NCBI RefSeq assembly: GCF_004010195.1 | Contig: NC_057739.1 | Span: 7,104,897 to 7,168,896, forward strand | Direction: 5' to 3' | From: Chiloscyllium plagiosum | Taxonomy: Eukaryota | Length of the DNA stretch: 64,000 nt | Part shown: in pieces, positions 13,584 to 26,046 of the stretch | Numbering within the stretch: the stretch's first letter is position 1 | Layout of the letters: each line of letters opens with the position of its first letter | Translations under genes and position numbers: made by a program | Notes under the pieces: generated by a model | Seen by the model: only the letters and a program-made list of their open reading frames with translations | The model's database searches: none | Told to the model about the DNA's origin: nothing

Positions 13584-13817
13584 TAATGTGGCTAAGAATC
13601 AGACAAGGAGCTGCTTAGGAATGTAATCAGACAAATTTAATCGTAGGCCTTACGGGACAGGTGAGCAAAAGCTTGGTCTCATAGGTAGATTTAAAGGAGT
13701 GACGTACAATTATAGGTTTTGTGTGGGGAATTGTAGATATTAGGGCCTTGGCCAGTTACCATCTCTGAACAGGTTGGTAAGGAAAATATATAGATTGTCA
13801 ATTTGTCTCAAACTTAA

Positions 13818-14191
13818 GCTGTATGTATTGCCATCTAGTGATAGGATCATTACATTACATGTTGAAGAAGGGCCTGTGCCCGAAACGTCGAATCTCCTGT
13901 TCCCTGGATGCTGCCTGACCTGCTGTGCTGTTCCAGCAATAAAGTTTCAACTTTGATCTCCAGCATCTGCAGACCTTACTTTCTCCTCATTACATTACAT
14001 CCCAAGGCATGATGATTGTGGCTTCATTCAATCATCCAATGAATTCATTTTGAACTGGTGATCATGTAAATGAGGCTGTATGTATTGCCATCTAGTGATA
14101 GGATCATTACATTACATCCCAAGGCATGATGATTGTGGCTTCATTCAATCATCCAATGAATTCATTTTGAACTGGTGATCATGTAAATGAG
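13818..14191 (+). repeat. 117-bp tandem duplication (filled then empty insertion site)
   Basis: 13818-13860 plus 14001-14074 is identical to 14075-14191. Confidence 0.9.
13861..13986 (+). mobile_element. Short hammerhead-headed PLE-tail element
   Basis: Begins gTTGAAGA-agggc(ctgt)gccc-GAAA-cgtc, then the shared 'gatgctgcctgacctgctgtgc...ccagcatctgcag' tail; 14-bp TSD TCATTACATTACAT at 13847-13860 and 13987-14000. Confidence 0.85.
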
Positions 14192-14864
14192 TACAACAAT
14201 CATTGCTGTTTGCAGGATCCCATAAAGATGAAATCAAACAGATGCCCAAATAGCCTCCTTCGGGAGGAGTTTTGGCCACACTGTAATGTGACTTGCACTG
14301 CTTTTTTTAAACACTCACTGGATGTGGGAATAACTGGTGACGTTAGTAATTGTTGCCCATTTCTAATTGTCCTTGATGATTGTGGTGAGCAGCCTTCTTT
14401 AAACTGCTGCTGTATGTATATGGATCGTGTTGATAGGGAGTAAGTTCCAGAATTTGAACCAACAACAGTGAAGGATGGCAGTGCATTTCCAAGTTTGTCA
14501 CAGCACTGTTAGGTGTCTTTCATCCTGGTTGGAGAAGGGGTGTATGGCGTTGGTAGCAGCTGACATAGTTTGTGAACAGTAGCTATGTAAATAGTGACCT
14601 TGTCTGTCAGAGGGTCTACTGCAACCTCTGTGTGATGTTGCCCCTGCTTGAGTCACTACCTTTCAGTCCGTAAGGGCGTGGAATGAGGAACTTTCAACTC
14701 TGATAGGTTAAATAAGCACTTTGTTCACTGTATGGATTTTTATTTTGGAATTCCAGGCTGATCCCATGGATATAAAATGAAATAATATCAACATTTTTAC
14801 TATTAAATGATCAGACTGCAGCATTTCTCACACCTGTTTGTTTGCTGACGCTTATTCTTTGTAA

Positions 14865-15017
<153 letters not shown>

Positions 15018-18000
15018 CCCCCTCCCTCCCCTGCCCCTCCTCACCCTTGCCCCGCATGCTTTCGCCACAAATCAACGGTGGCGTCAGATTTGTTTTGCAC
15101 AATTCAGACTGGACATAAAGTTTCCTAAGCACTGAGGAAGTACATAGAACAGAATGAACTTGAGGAGGTCTCTGTGAGAAGAGGGGGCTGGGGCTACCCT
15201 TCCTAAGATCGATCGCTACGAAGACTATAGAGGTTCCTAACCAGAAGCTTCTGTGTCTATATTTATATGTTGATATGTATTTGAACAAAATCTTATGTAC
15301 AGTTTTTTATGTTGTAAAATCTGATTTGTTTGAAGTTCGGTGATAACGTGTAGCTGAACAGAGTTACCTAAAAAAAATTTGCTCCGGTAGCATTGTGTGA
15401 CTCTGGGACAGCTTGCTGCTAATTTGATTATAGAGAAGAAAAAAAGACCCAGCTAACTGTGTTCCAGAGAATGTACTAACACCAGGTCTCTGGATCTTGT
15501 CCACTTGACAAGGAGAGAGAAAAAAAACTTAAATATTTTAACCTTTGTAAAGGGGGAAAAAAATTACTGAGGTTACAGTGATGGCTGCTGGAGTGAGTGG
15601 GTTTCACAATAAGCATCTTTGTAGTTTCAATCTTGTAACCCAATTTAAGCACACTACACAGTCTGCCACTACCTGACTGTGTGTTGGAGGTTAAATTCAA
15701 TGTAGCAAAGGTCGCGGGGGATGGTTTGTGGTGCTTTAAATTGATAACTTCCAGTTATATTGGAACTATCAGGGGAAAACAATTGTTGGCTGTTATTCCC
15801 ACAATTTTAATTCAGGACCTGCATGGGGTGTTTTATTTAAAAGGACATGGTGTATTGAGTTAATAGTAATGTTCATTCACTTGGTGATGTGAATTCTTTA
15901 TATATGTGGGCTTATGCTGGAAAGGTATCTGAAAATGGTACAGAATGTTCCATATTTGGGTATTGGTCAGAGGGTGAAATTGATAACTGACATAAGCTCC
16001 TTCACCAAGACTGTTTCTGAACGTCAGGAGCTACCTTTTGTTTTCAGTTCAAATCAAGATCTTGGAGATAGGTTTTGGTTCTGTCACTCTATTCTATTTA
16101 CGATTATTCTTAATTCCCTTTGCTCTCCTGTCCAGCACTGTATCTGCACAATCGCATAACTAAGTTCCTGAAGCTTCTGATTTTTGACCTGGATTCCTTA
16201 ACATATCCCTCTCAAAAAATGTCATTCCTGGTCTGGGTGCTCTCAGCAGGCAACCACAAGATGCTGCTGCAACCTGGCCCATGAATCTGAGGTAACCAAG
16301 AAGGCCAGGTGACTTGTGGGCATACAGAAACATTTTTTGCACACTCCCTGTCCTGCTGCATGTTCACTGCCTGCTCCTTTTTGGACAGCAAGTCGATCTC
16401 AAGTGAGCTGGAATTTGAGGGCATCATTTCATTGCAACATGAGAAATTCTAGTTAACGTACAATGTTTTTGCAAGTGCTAAGTCTTTTTTTTAATATTAA
16501 GTTATTTTCATTGGAGTCAGCAGATGGCTGGTATCCAGCTTGAAACCCCTGCTGGGCAAAAATATTCGCCGTGCTTGAGAGCATGAGGGTATTGAGTATG
16601 CCTCAGCTTGGGTAGGTTTTGCACAGTAAGTGTTGGAAGGGTACACCTTGGAGAACTTACTCCCTTGTAGCCATAATTGTACACCTTGTGAGCAGTTTTA
16701 AACGAACATTGGTGCAGATGGTCCTAAGATGTTTTTTTCTTGCAATCGATGAGGCAAAACTCCAATTGTGACCTGGAACTTAATAAATACTTGCACATGT
16801 TAACAGTCTCCTTGCCTTTCCGCTGCAGCATTTTGAGTGGTGAGGGTGGGCTATTGAAATATGTTGGACAAGCAGAGACCTGTGAAAGCTGCTGTACCTG
16901 TGTGCATGTTTTAAATGGGTTGCTGTTACTGTGTTGTGCTGTTGCTGTGCCAAGCTTTGCTTTTCCTGACAGAAACCCAGGCTCGCTCTCTGATTGGGAT
17001 ACCTGTTCTATGTGTAATGGAATTCCGTGGATCTTGAGTTGCTGCATTCTCTTTCTTTTCCTTCCACTCGAACTACCAACTGAGATATTACAATGGAGTT
17101 TACAGTAGTTTAGAAAGCTTTGGATGTTTTGTGCGGGCAGTCTCAGGTTAACCAGTATAGTATTTTCATCTTGATTTTCCATCAGGCAGCTTCCTCCTGG
17201 TTATAAGATGGGTTTAGCATGGTGCTGTCTCTTCTAAACATGAATTTGCCATATTTTGTAGTTAAGTGCCCTGGAGGATGTGCTACTTCAACTTTGTTGA
17301 GTTTAGGTTTGTGATGTCTTTTAGAATTTGTATTTTAACCAAAGCAGCAGACCATAAGGTTTAGGATGTAGTTGCCCCTGTCCTCTTCAAAGTTTATGTT
17401 CTGAATCTCTTAACTATTACTTTTTCCTGTCAAAAGCAAACTGCATTATTAATGTGCAACAATCCAAATCAGTTTGTATTCGGATTCTATGGATAATATC
17501 AACTATACAACGGTGAATGGACACATGATTCAACTGTGTTGGCCATTGAACAGAAATCACCACGAGTTTCAAATGTGACATCTATTTCATAGCAGCTGTC
17601 TGTAATAGTAGTACAAAATCGTTTTCTGCAATTCCTACTGGTCTGTAACTAAACATTTGTGCTCTTGCTGGTTTGGAGTATTTCACACCATGTGTAAGCG
17701 CTGTGGAGCAACATTGATTCAATAGTTTAGTCAACACTGAGGGCTTCCAAATTCTCACATGTAACAATTTTAGTTTTAAATTTGAGAATAATATGGCCCA
17801 TTCAGATATAACCCCTGCATAGAAACATTTGAAACATATTGGACTGTGTCACAGTCTTGTGTGTAATTTTAAGCCAAATTTAGACTAAATTGGATCTGGT
17901 CTGCTTCCAATTTTGTCCCTCCAGTAGTTTTAAATATGCTCATTTGCCTCGTGGCGCCATTATCGATTATAATGATTGTTTTGGTTACAAGACTTGCTCC

Positions 18001-18250
18001 GCAGTATTGAGCTGTCCCAGCACAGTCAGACATAATGGTGTTCAAAACCACGTCCAGACTTGCATTTTCAGAGCTCTTTGCATCAAAGCTGTTACAATCC
18101 CAATTACTAACTATATTGTGTGGTCAGTTGCAAAAATGCAGAACACTAGCGACTGCAGTGTTGCTGTGCTCCCAGATTGTTTCATGCACTGAATACAGTA
18201 TCTTGCCTGTATTTAAAATTGTTAAATAAAGCTGAAGCAGGTTTGTGTGT
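15018..18250 (+). other. ZMYND19: Probable long ZMYND19 3' UTR
   Basis: About 3.2 kb with no recognisable repeats, ending in AATAAA followed by a GT-rich tract. Confidence 0.55.
18225..18230 (+). terminator. Candidate poly(A) signal of ZMYND19
   Basis: AATAAA with downstream 'gtttgtgtgt'. Confidence 0.55.
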
Positions 18251-18937
18251 AAACTAGTTGCTGTATGATGAGTGAATGTGGCTTTTCACTACTGGGTCCT
18301 ATGTTTAAGTGACTGGAAACTTATTGTTCCAAACTTGTTAAGGATCTAACGTTAAATTTTGATTGTAGCTATTAACAGGAACTTAAAAAAGCATATCAGC
18401 AAATCACTTGAGTTCAAAATATGGTGTATGAAATTCACTGAGAGGTTATTTACTTTGGATCCAAGCAAAATAACAAAACTTAATGGAGAAAATCTAGGGG
18501 CCATGGAAGAGGAAATATGATGGAATGTTGATCCTCTCAAAATTCAGGTAGATAGCCATAGTTCACAAAGAACCCATTGGCACCTCTTCATTAAAAACAA
18601 TGTGGTTATATCTAGCTTGAGTGGCACCACTTAATGGGGTAAGACGAGGAGGGAGGCTCTAACATACTACCACTGTGGTGGGGATTAAGCCAGATTGAAT
18701 AATTTTGCATCACACTCGTGCTATTTGACCTGCTACTTTAGCAGAAGAATGTTCTTTGAGTCTGCTCTGTCTGTCAAAATGAATATGGCTGATGCACTTC
18801 AATTTTATCTTCCCATAGTATCTGAAAATTTCTTAGCACCAAATAATCCATTTTATTCTAGTTTTGAATTCACTCATTTGCAGATCTGTTGTAACAATTC
18901 CAAGGATCTATAACTGAGTGGAAAATTCTTAATTTAA

Positions 18938-19030
18938 GAAACAAATGGAAATTGCTGGAAAAACTCAGTAGATCTGGCAGCATGTGAACAGAAGGAGTCG
19001 ATGCTTTGAGTCCAGTGACCCTTCAAAATG
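18938..19030 (-). mobile_element. Degraded PLE-tail short element
   Basis: 'aaattgctggaaaaactcagtagatctggcagcat...tttgagtccagtgacccttc' is related in reverse to 32313-32449. Confidence 0.55.
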
Positions 19031-19475
19031 TTCATTTCAAACCCTCTTTCTAATTGCACAGACTGAGTATCTAAGATGTGTCTCTTTGTGTTCAGGTGTG
19101 GAATATGACAACTTGCACTTCCCTAATTGCCCTTGAGGTAAAGGTAAGTTGCTTTCTTGAGCTTTTGTAGCCTGTGTTGTAAGTATACTCAGTCAAGAAA
19201 GGAGCTGTAGGATTTTGAACCAGTGACAGTGAAGAAACAGTGGTGTATGTCAGGTTGGTGTATGCCCTGCACTGGAACAAGTCAGCTACTTCCTGTGCAT
19301 GACCTGAACGGTAAAGGTCATGTGTTTGGAAGTTGCTGTCAAAGGATTCTTAGTGAGATACTGCAGCACATCTTATATGTAGTGCACACGGACTACTGTA
19401 TTGATAGTAGCCAGTGCATGTTTAAGATGTTAGATGGGGTGCTTTTTCCTCGATAGTAAGCTTTTGAGTGTTATT

Positions 19476-20005
19476 GGGGTGGCATGATGGCTCAGTGGTT
19501 AGCACTGCTGCCTCACAGCACCAGGGTCCCAGGTTTGATTCCAGCCTTGGGCGACTGTGTGGAGTTTGCACCTTCTCCCTGTGTCTGCGTGGGTTTTCTC
19601 CAGGTGCTCTGGTTTCCTCCCACAATCAAAGATGTGCAGGTCAGGTGAACTGGCCATGCTAAATTGTCCAGTCTTCAGGATGTGTAGATTAGGTGCATTA
19701 GTCATGGGCAAATGTAGGGTAATAAGAAAGGAGAATGAGTCTGGGTGAGATACTCTTCGGAGGGTCTTTCCACATTGTAAGGATTCTAGAACTTGATATT
19801 TTTGCTAAATTTGTCTTCCACAACTTGAACATGTCTCCCAGTTCTACTGATACAGGTGAATTGGCCATGTTAAGTTGTCCATAGTGTAAGGTTCATTAGT
19901 CAGAGGGAAATGGGAATGGGTGGGTTATTCTTCGGAGGGTCAGTGTGGATTTGTTGGGCCGAAGGAACTGTTTCCACCCTGTAGGGAATTTAATCTAATC
20001 TAATC
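19476..20005 (+). mobile_element. HE1-like tRNA-derived SINE plus a second tail fragment
   Basis: A box 'tggctcagtggttagc', B box 'ggtttgattcc', core 'tgtgtggagtttgcac..ctccc..tgcgtgggtt', tail (AATCT)n near 19992-20006. Confidence 0.85.
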
Positions 20006-21149
20006 TGTACTCATTCAAGCCATTGGAGAGTATTTCAATACACTCTTGACCTGTACCTCATTGCTCAACAGGATTTGAGGAGTAAGAACACAGTTACCCA
20101 TTAGAAAATTACAGCCATTGTACTTATGACTGGTTCTGTTTCCAATCAATGGTAACACCCAGGATTTTGACAATGGGTGATTTGGGGATTGTGACACCAG
20201 TGAATGTTAACAATAGATGGTTAGATTCTTTCTTTTCGCCTTATCAGGTGAAAAGGGGGGATTGGGAAATTATCTCCCCCTTTGGTTGTTTGCAACTAAT
20301 TATTTGTGTGCAACTAACAAATTTCAACTAAACACAGTTTGCAAAAAAAAGCGAAGTTTTGAGTGAAAGAAACCCTGAGAAAAAGATAAAGACACAACAT
20401 CAAACACATGTAAACACCAATAGGTTCAAATGGAAGTGTGTCTGGTAGTGACAGAAAATGAACATTATGCAGTAATATGTCCTTAGAGCAATTGAGATGT
20501 TGTATGTATAACCCGATATCGCTGTTGTTTAATGGTTGACTTGTATTCTCAGTAGTAGGAAGATTTGTGGATATCTTTGGACATTCAGTGAGTGGGTTGT
20601 TTTCCAAATACACACTTTAATTGGGCATTATTTTTCTTCATTTCAGAATATAGAGAGTGTGTTCTAACTCTTGTCACAAGATCATTTTTCTTGTCTGAGA
20701 AAAAGGATCTGTTGAAAGGTATGCTGGAGTCTAGCTCCATTGTCTTACCAAGCCACCTAACTCAAGAGAGCAATTCATGTCCCACTATGAAAATAAAAGA
20801 AATCACAGTTGTAAAGATAGTCTTCTGCTTTATATTTTGTGTTGTCTGAAATGAAAACTAATGAATAAAAATGTTGACCAACATGAATTTGGCAGTGAAC
20901 TCCATAAATCAGAAAGAACAGATCTTCAAATTAATTTTTTTTGTGCTGCATAGCATTTACTTTCACACTCTCTATAAATTCTTGAGCAACAGACATAGCC
21001 ATGTCAAATGTTCAATTAACACAGCAAACGTAACTGTAAAATCTTTGTTTAAACATAACCAAATTGTTCCCAGCATCTGGATTAATATTCTGGAGAAGCC
21101 CTGTTTATGACTGCTGTAGATATCAATATATTTGTTTTTAAAAAAATGA

Positions 21150-21445
21150 ATTCCCAGATGCAGGCATAGCAATCTAGAATCCCAGGCTAATGTTCTAAGG
21201 ACATTAGTTGAATTCCAGGTGAGATTTGGATTCAATAAAAGGGTAATCTAATGTTTACTGTATAACCACTGTTGATTGTTGAAAAATCCTATCTGATTCA
21301 CTAATGTTCTTTATCTGCTGCCCTTACATAGTCCAGTCTACAAGTGACTCCAGACCCTCGGAAACTCTCAAATATACTCGGGGCAATTACTGATAGCCAG
21401 TAAATGATGGTCCAGAAAGTGACACCCATATCCTATGAATTAATT
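21150..21445 (+). mobile_element. Degraded tRNA-derived SINE with L2-like tail
   Basis: Degraded B-box 'gttgaattcc' and tail 'gggcaatta...gacacccatatcctatgaat'; loosely related to antisense copies at 31.6-31.9 kb and 38.95-39.29 kb. Confidence 0.5.
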
Positions 21446-21539
21446 TAAAAATTGTTAAATTGTCATTGTACTGTTAATATAATTACTGTTAATATAAAAG
21501 GGCTACTGCACTCAACAGCTCACATATCATTAGCTTATT

Positions 21540-22860
21540 GACCTTTCAGAAGTGACCTGTATAAGAAGGACGGATTGCACCTAAATTGGAAGGGGACTAA
21601 TATACTGGCAGGGAAATTTGCTAGAGCTGCTCGGGAGGATTAAAACGAGTAAGGTAGGGGATCGGGACGCAGGGAGGTAGTGAGGAAAGAGATCAATCTG
21701 AGACTGGTACAGTTGAGAACAGAAGCGAGTCAAACAGTCAGGCCAGGAAGGGAGAAGGTAGGACTAATAAATTAAACTGCATTTATTTCAATGCAAGGGG
21801 CCTAACAGGGAAGGCAGATGAACTCGGGGTTAGAAACATGGGACTGGGACATCATTGCAATTACAGAAACATGGCTCAGGGATGGGCAGGACTGGCTTTG
21901 TGTGTGGGAAATCATGTCTCACAAACTTGATTGAGTTTTTTGAAGAAGTAATAAAGAAGATTGATGAGGGCAGAGTGGTAGATGTGATCTATAGTGACTT
22001 CAGTAAGGCATTCGACAAGGTTCCCCATGGAAACTGGTTAGCAAGGTTAGATCTCACGGAATACAGGGAGAACTAGCCATTTGGATACAGAACTGACTCA
22101 CATGTAGAAGACAGATCGTGGTGGTGGAGGGTTTTTCAGAACGGAGGCCTGTGACCAGTGGAATGCCATAAGGATCGGTGCTGTGTACTCTACTTTTCAT
22201 CATTTATATAAATGATTTGGATGTGAGCATAAGAGGTATAGTTAGTAAGTTTGCAGATGACACCAAAATTGGAGGTGTAGTGGAGAGTGGACAGCAAAGA
22301 AGGTTACCTCACATTACAACAGGATCTTGATCAGAAAGATGTGGCAGATGGAGTTTAATTCAGAAAAATGTGAAGTGCTGCATTTTGGGAGAGCAAATGT
22401 TAGCAGGACTTATACACTTAATGGTAAGGTCCTAGGGAGTGTTGCTGAACAGAGACCTTGGTGTGCAGGTTCATAACTCTTTGAAAATGGAGTTGCAGGT
22501 CGATAGGATAGTGAAGAAGGCGTATGGTATGCTTTCCTTTATTGGTCGGAGTATTGAGTACACATACCACCCTCTGTGTGGAAAAGGTTGCCTCTTAGCG
22601 CTCTCATATCTTTTCTCTCTCACCCTAAACCTATGCCCTCTAGTTCTGGATTCCCCCACCCCAGGGAAAATACTTTGCCTATTTATCCTATCCAATGTCC
22701 TGTAGAGCCGCAACATGACCTATACTCGAACCAATGTCCTGTACAGCCGCAACATGACCTCCCATCTCCTGTACTCGATACTCTGACCAATAAAGGAAAG
22801 CATACCAAATGCCTTCTTCACTATCCTGTCTACCTGCAACTCTACTTTTGTACTCTATTC
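21540..22860 (+). mobile_element. CR1/HER1 LINE fragment, internally deleted, with inverted 3' part
   Basis: ORF1 end (DGLHLN), endonuclease start (CIYFNARGL..IIAITETWL), RT (GKSCLTNLIEFFEEV..DFSKAFDKVPHG, FADDTK); 22760-22845 is the reverse complement of ~22485-22561. Confidence 0.88.
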
Positions 22861-23858
22861 TTCTACTAATAAAGCCCAAGATGCTATGTGCTTTATCAAC
22901 TGTGCTCTCCACCTGTAGTGCCACCTTCAATACGTTATGTACACGGACTACCTTCTATCAGCAACTCAGTCATGTGCTGAAGAACATATAAATATAATTT
23001 AAGTTTTTAATTTGAGGTCTTGAACCCAAATGCAACCCACACCTAGGGTTGCATTTCAGTCTTACATCTTACAGGTTGCATTTAAGCAAACTAAGTTGCC
23101 TCGATTACTCTAGGTGTGGTGGTGGTGATAATCAGTCCTGAAACTGGGCAGATTGTAGATTTGCATTGGGTATGTTACGATCTTAGAACAAATATTACTC
23201 TTCTTGTTTGTAATTTTAAGCAAACAGCATGGGGAGTTTACTTTGAGAGAGACAGAGATATTGAAAAGCAGAGATGTTTCATTAAACTTTACAGAACATT
23301 GGCAAGACCATACTTGGAGTACTGTGAGCAATTCCAGTCTCCATATTACAAAATCATATTGTTGCATTTGACAAACTGCAAAAATGATTTACAAGAGCAA
23401 TATCAGAAGAGAAAGCTTCCACCAATGAGAAAGGTTTGAAAAGCTGTAGTGCTTTGCTTTAAAAAGGCTGAGAAATGACCTGATTGCAGCTGATAAAATT
23501 CTGAAGGTATCGTAGATGTTGGTGTGTTTCCACTTAAGGATATTCACTCATAAATGTGGAATTCCATGAGAAACTTCGTAGGGTAATAGGACTTGAGAGC
23601 TGGAGAAGGCATTTAGGCTCATCCATTTGCTTTACCAATCAATAACATCATGACCTCTGATCTAGTTATAAGACCGTAAGAAATAGGAACATTTCCATAC
23701 AGCGCCTCAAGTCAGCTCTGCTATTCAATAGGTTCCATGGCTGATCCAACACTACTAATGTCCCATAACGTTAGATTCTTGGTCAGAAGAGAAATCAATC
23801 TTAGACTTAAATGTAAACAAAAGTTCTGCGCCCCACTGCTCTCTGTGGCAAAGAGCTC

Positions 23859-24390
23859 TGTTGGAGTTTGGAAGGGAAGAAACCATGGCAGAAGCTGCTA
23901 TCTATAGTAATATATTGTATGATGTTGATCAAAGTATAGTTATGTGCTGTGTTATATAACAAAAGGTAGGTACATATCATCAAAATTGAGAATTAAGTAT
24001 ATAAGCATTATGGGATTTAACTATATACGTGTGGATACTCAGCCTAAGGTTAATAGAAGAGGCTGGAATATGGTTGAATAAGATGCATTGACGGCCCAAG
24101 GATAAATGATAAGAAGTAAATGTCATGAGATCAAGGGATGATCTAAAGCTGTCCATGGACAGATCATGTAGCTACAGGATGAGCCTAGTTTGAATTGTAT
24201 GCAATCATGCAAGTTAATAACCCGTTTGGTTTGTGACAGCCAAGATGGGCTACAAGTTAATTTATAAAAGAGTGTATGTTCTCCTTTATTCAGTGGAAAG
24301 GTTGTTTGGACTACTGCTCTAAATAATAAACCTTCGACAATTGGAACAGATCTGGATGTTGAGTGGTGCTTTGATCAGTCGATTTCAACC
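23859..24390 (+). mobile_element. Probable solo LTR nested in a CR1 tail
   Basis: Starts TGTTG and ends CAAC(C); internal TATAAAA (~24263) and AATAAA (~24325); interrupts CR1 text 'ctctgtggcaaagagctc|ccatagattctcaaccctc'. No clear TSD. Confidence 0.5.
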
Positions 24391-24579
24391 CCATAGATTC
24401 TCAACCCTCAAAGAAGAAATTATTTTTCATCTCAGTCTTAAATTGGCACCTGTTAATTCTGAGACTACACCCTTCGGACCTAGACTCTTTCATGGTGGTA
24501 AATATCTTCTCAGTATTTACCCTGTTAAGCCCCTTAAGGTTTGGCTTCAACTCCATTTGAAATCAAGTGGAGAGGGGAT

Positions 24580-24869
24580 NNNNNNNNNNNNNNNNNNNNN
24601 NNNNNNNNNNNNNNNNNNNNNNNNNNNNNNNNNNNNNNNNNNNNNNNNNNNNNNNNNNNNNNNNNNNNNNNNNNNNNNNNNNNNNNNNNNNNNNNNNNNN
24701 NNNNNNNNNNNNNNNNNNNNNNNNNNNNNNNNNNNNNNNNNNNNNNNNNNNNNNNNNNNNNNNNNNNNNNNNNNNNNNNNNNNNNNNNNNNNNNNNNNNN
24801 NNNNNNNNNNNNNNNNNNNNNNNNNNNNNNNNNNNNNNNNNNNNNNNNNNNNNNNNNNNNNNNNNNNNN
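24580..24869. other. Assembly gap (290 N) within a G-rich minisatellite
   Basis: Run of N flanked on both sides by 'gagaggggat' units. Confidence 1.
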
Positions 24870-24940
24870 GGGTGGGGAAGAGAGGGGATGAGTTTGGGGG
24901 TGGGGAAGAGAGGGGATGAGTTTGGGGGTGGGGTGGGGAG
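24870..24940. repeat. G-rich minisatellite, ~28-bp unit GGGTGGGGAAGAGAGGGGATGAGTTTGG
   Basis: About 2.5 tandem copies next to the gap. Confidence 0.8.
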
Positions 24941-25108
24941 ATGAGGAAACTGGTGAAATCAACATTGATGTCTTGGTGGTTGGAGGGTCCCAAGGCGGAA
25001 GATGAATCATTCTTCCTCCAGACATAGGGTGGCTAGGATTTGGCAGTGGAGAAGGCCCAGGACTTGCATATCCTTGGCGGAGCCTCCTTCACCGCCAAAT
25101 CCTAGCCA
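24940..25108 (-). mobile_element. Penelope-like GIY-YIG C-terminal fragment with short inverted arm
   Basis: Minus strand SAKDMQVLGLLHCQILATLCLEEE..IFRLGTLQP matches the end of ORF 30224-30919 (SAEDMEVLGLL); 25083-25108 is an inverted copy of ~25031-25056. Confidence 0.75.
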
Positions 25109-25174
25109 TATGAACATATTTGAGGTACCTCTGGAGTATGGTCCAGTTGATTGCCCGCTCCATGTGAAGCACCA

Positions 25175-25510
25175 GCTCACGCCCAGCGGCGGTTGAAGGG
25201 TTGCAGTCACGTGCTGCCCTTCCGACGCAACCCTCCCCAATCGTCGTCATCGATAGGGCGGGCGGCGAGGGCAAGAACCCGGTCACCTCACCGTGACTGG
25301 TTACAAGGGCTGTCAATCACCCACCGGAGTGTGGGCGGGAGGAAGTTGTCTTAAACCGGGGGTGGGAGGAAGTTGTCTTAAACCGGAAGCGAGTGAACGA
25401 GGTGGAGAGCGCGCGAGGAGGGTGAGTGCTGGTGGCGGTTGGGGAAAAGCAGGCGCGAGGGCAGTCTGTCCAACTGACCAAGGTGGTCCCCGCGAGGGAT
25501 TTCTGCGGGG
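25175..25510 (+). promoter_or_regulatory. DPH7: CpG island, probable DPH7 promoter and non-coding exon 1 (donor at 25422)
   Basis: Local CpG enrichment, GC boxes (GGGCGG), ETS-like GGAAGT/CCGGAAG motifs, consensus donor G|GTGAGT; I saw no other non-repeat CpG island between ZMYND19 and the DPH7 ATG exon. Confidence 0.65.
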
Positions 25511-25906
25511 AATTCAAATCATAAGAGTTGTTTTGAGTACATTGTGGGAGGTTATGCTATATGATTCAGTCTCCAGGAATGTGCCCCATCTGTGGTTTAT
25601 TTTGGGACCTGGTGGAGAGGAGAGCGCCGGTGGGTTTGTAGTCCCTGTCTTGCCCTTGGTCGATTCTTTATGTGGGATTAATGCAATTTGAGGAAATTGA
25701 GCGTCTTTAGTTCGCTTTAGAGGAGTAAAGCCCTTCAAATGGGAGGATTTATTTGTCCTGGCTGCTAAAAGGATTAGGCTGGTTCTGTACAGGTCCTGGA
25801 TGTTTTGAGTGTTGTGCGAATGATTTTAGTTTTAGTCTACCCTGTTGGTTGGTCACCATACACGCTGACGACAACTTTTGTGTAATGCTTTTAACATAGT
25901 CAAACG

Positions 25907-26046
25907 TAAAAAGGTAAAAACGATGACTGCAGATGCTGGAAACCAGATTCTGGATTAGTGGTGCTGGAAGAGCACAGCAGCTCAGGCAGCATCAGAGGAC
26001 AGGCAAAATCGACGTTTTGGGCAAAAGCCCTTCATCAGGAATAAAG
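25907..26046 (-). mobile_element. Short PLE-tail element with decayed hammerhead
   Basis: Reverse complement of 30909-31028; core reads CTGATGA-agggcttttgccc-AAAA-cgtc. Confidence 0.85.

Noticed and set aside
16724-17182. 152-aa and 122-aa ORFs within the putative ZMYND19 3' UTR
   Set aside because: No homology or motifs recognised and no supporting splice structure; consistent with chance.
19476-19550. tRNA genes at A/B-box sequences (also 44800-44865 and 39200-39295)
   Set aside because: They are SINE heads continuing into SINE core and tail; no full cloverleaf.
23028-23056. Small hairpin AAATGCAACCC...GGGTTGCATTT
   Set aside because: An 11-bp stem with no TSD, family context or RNA-gene features; insufficient support for function.
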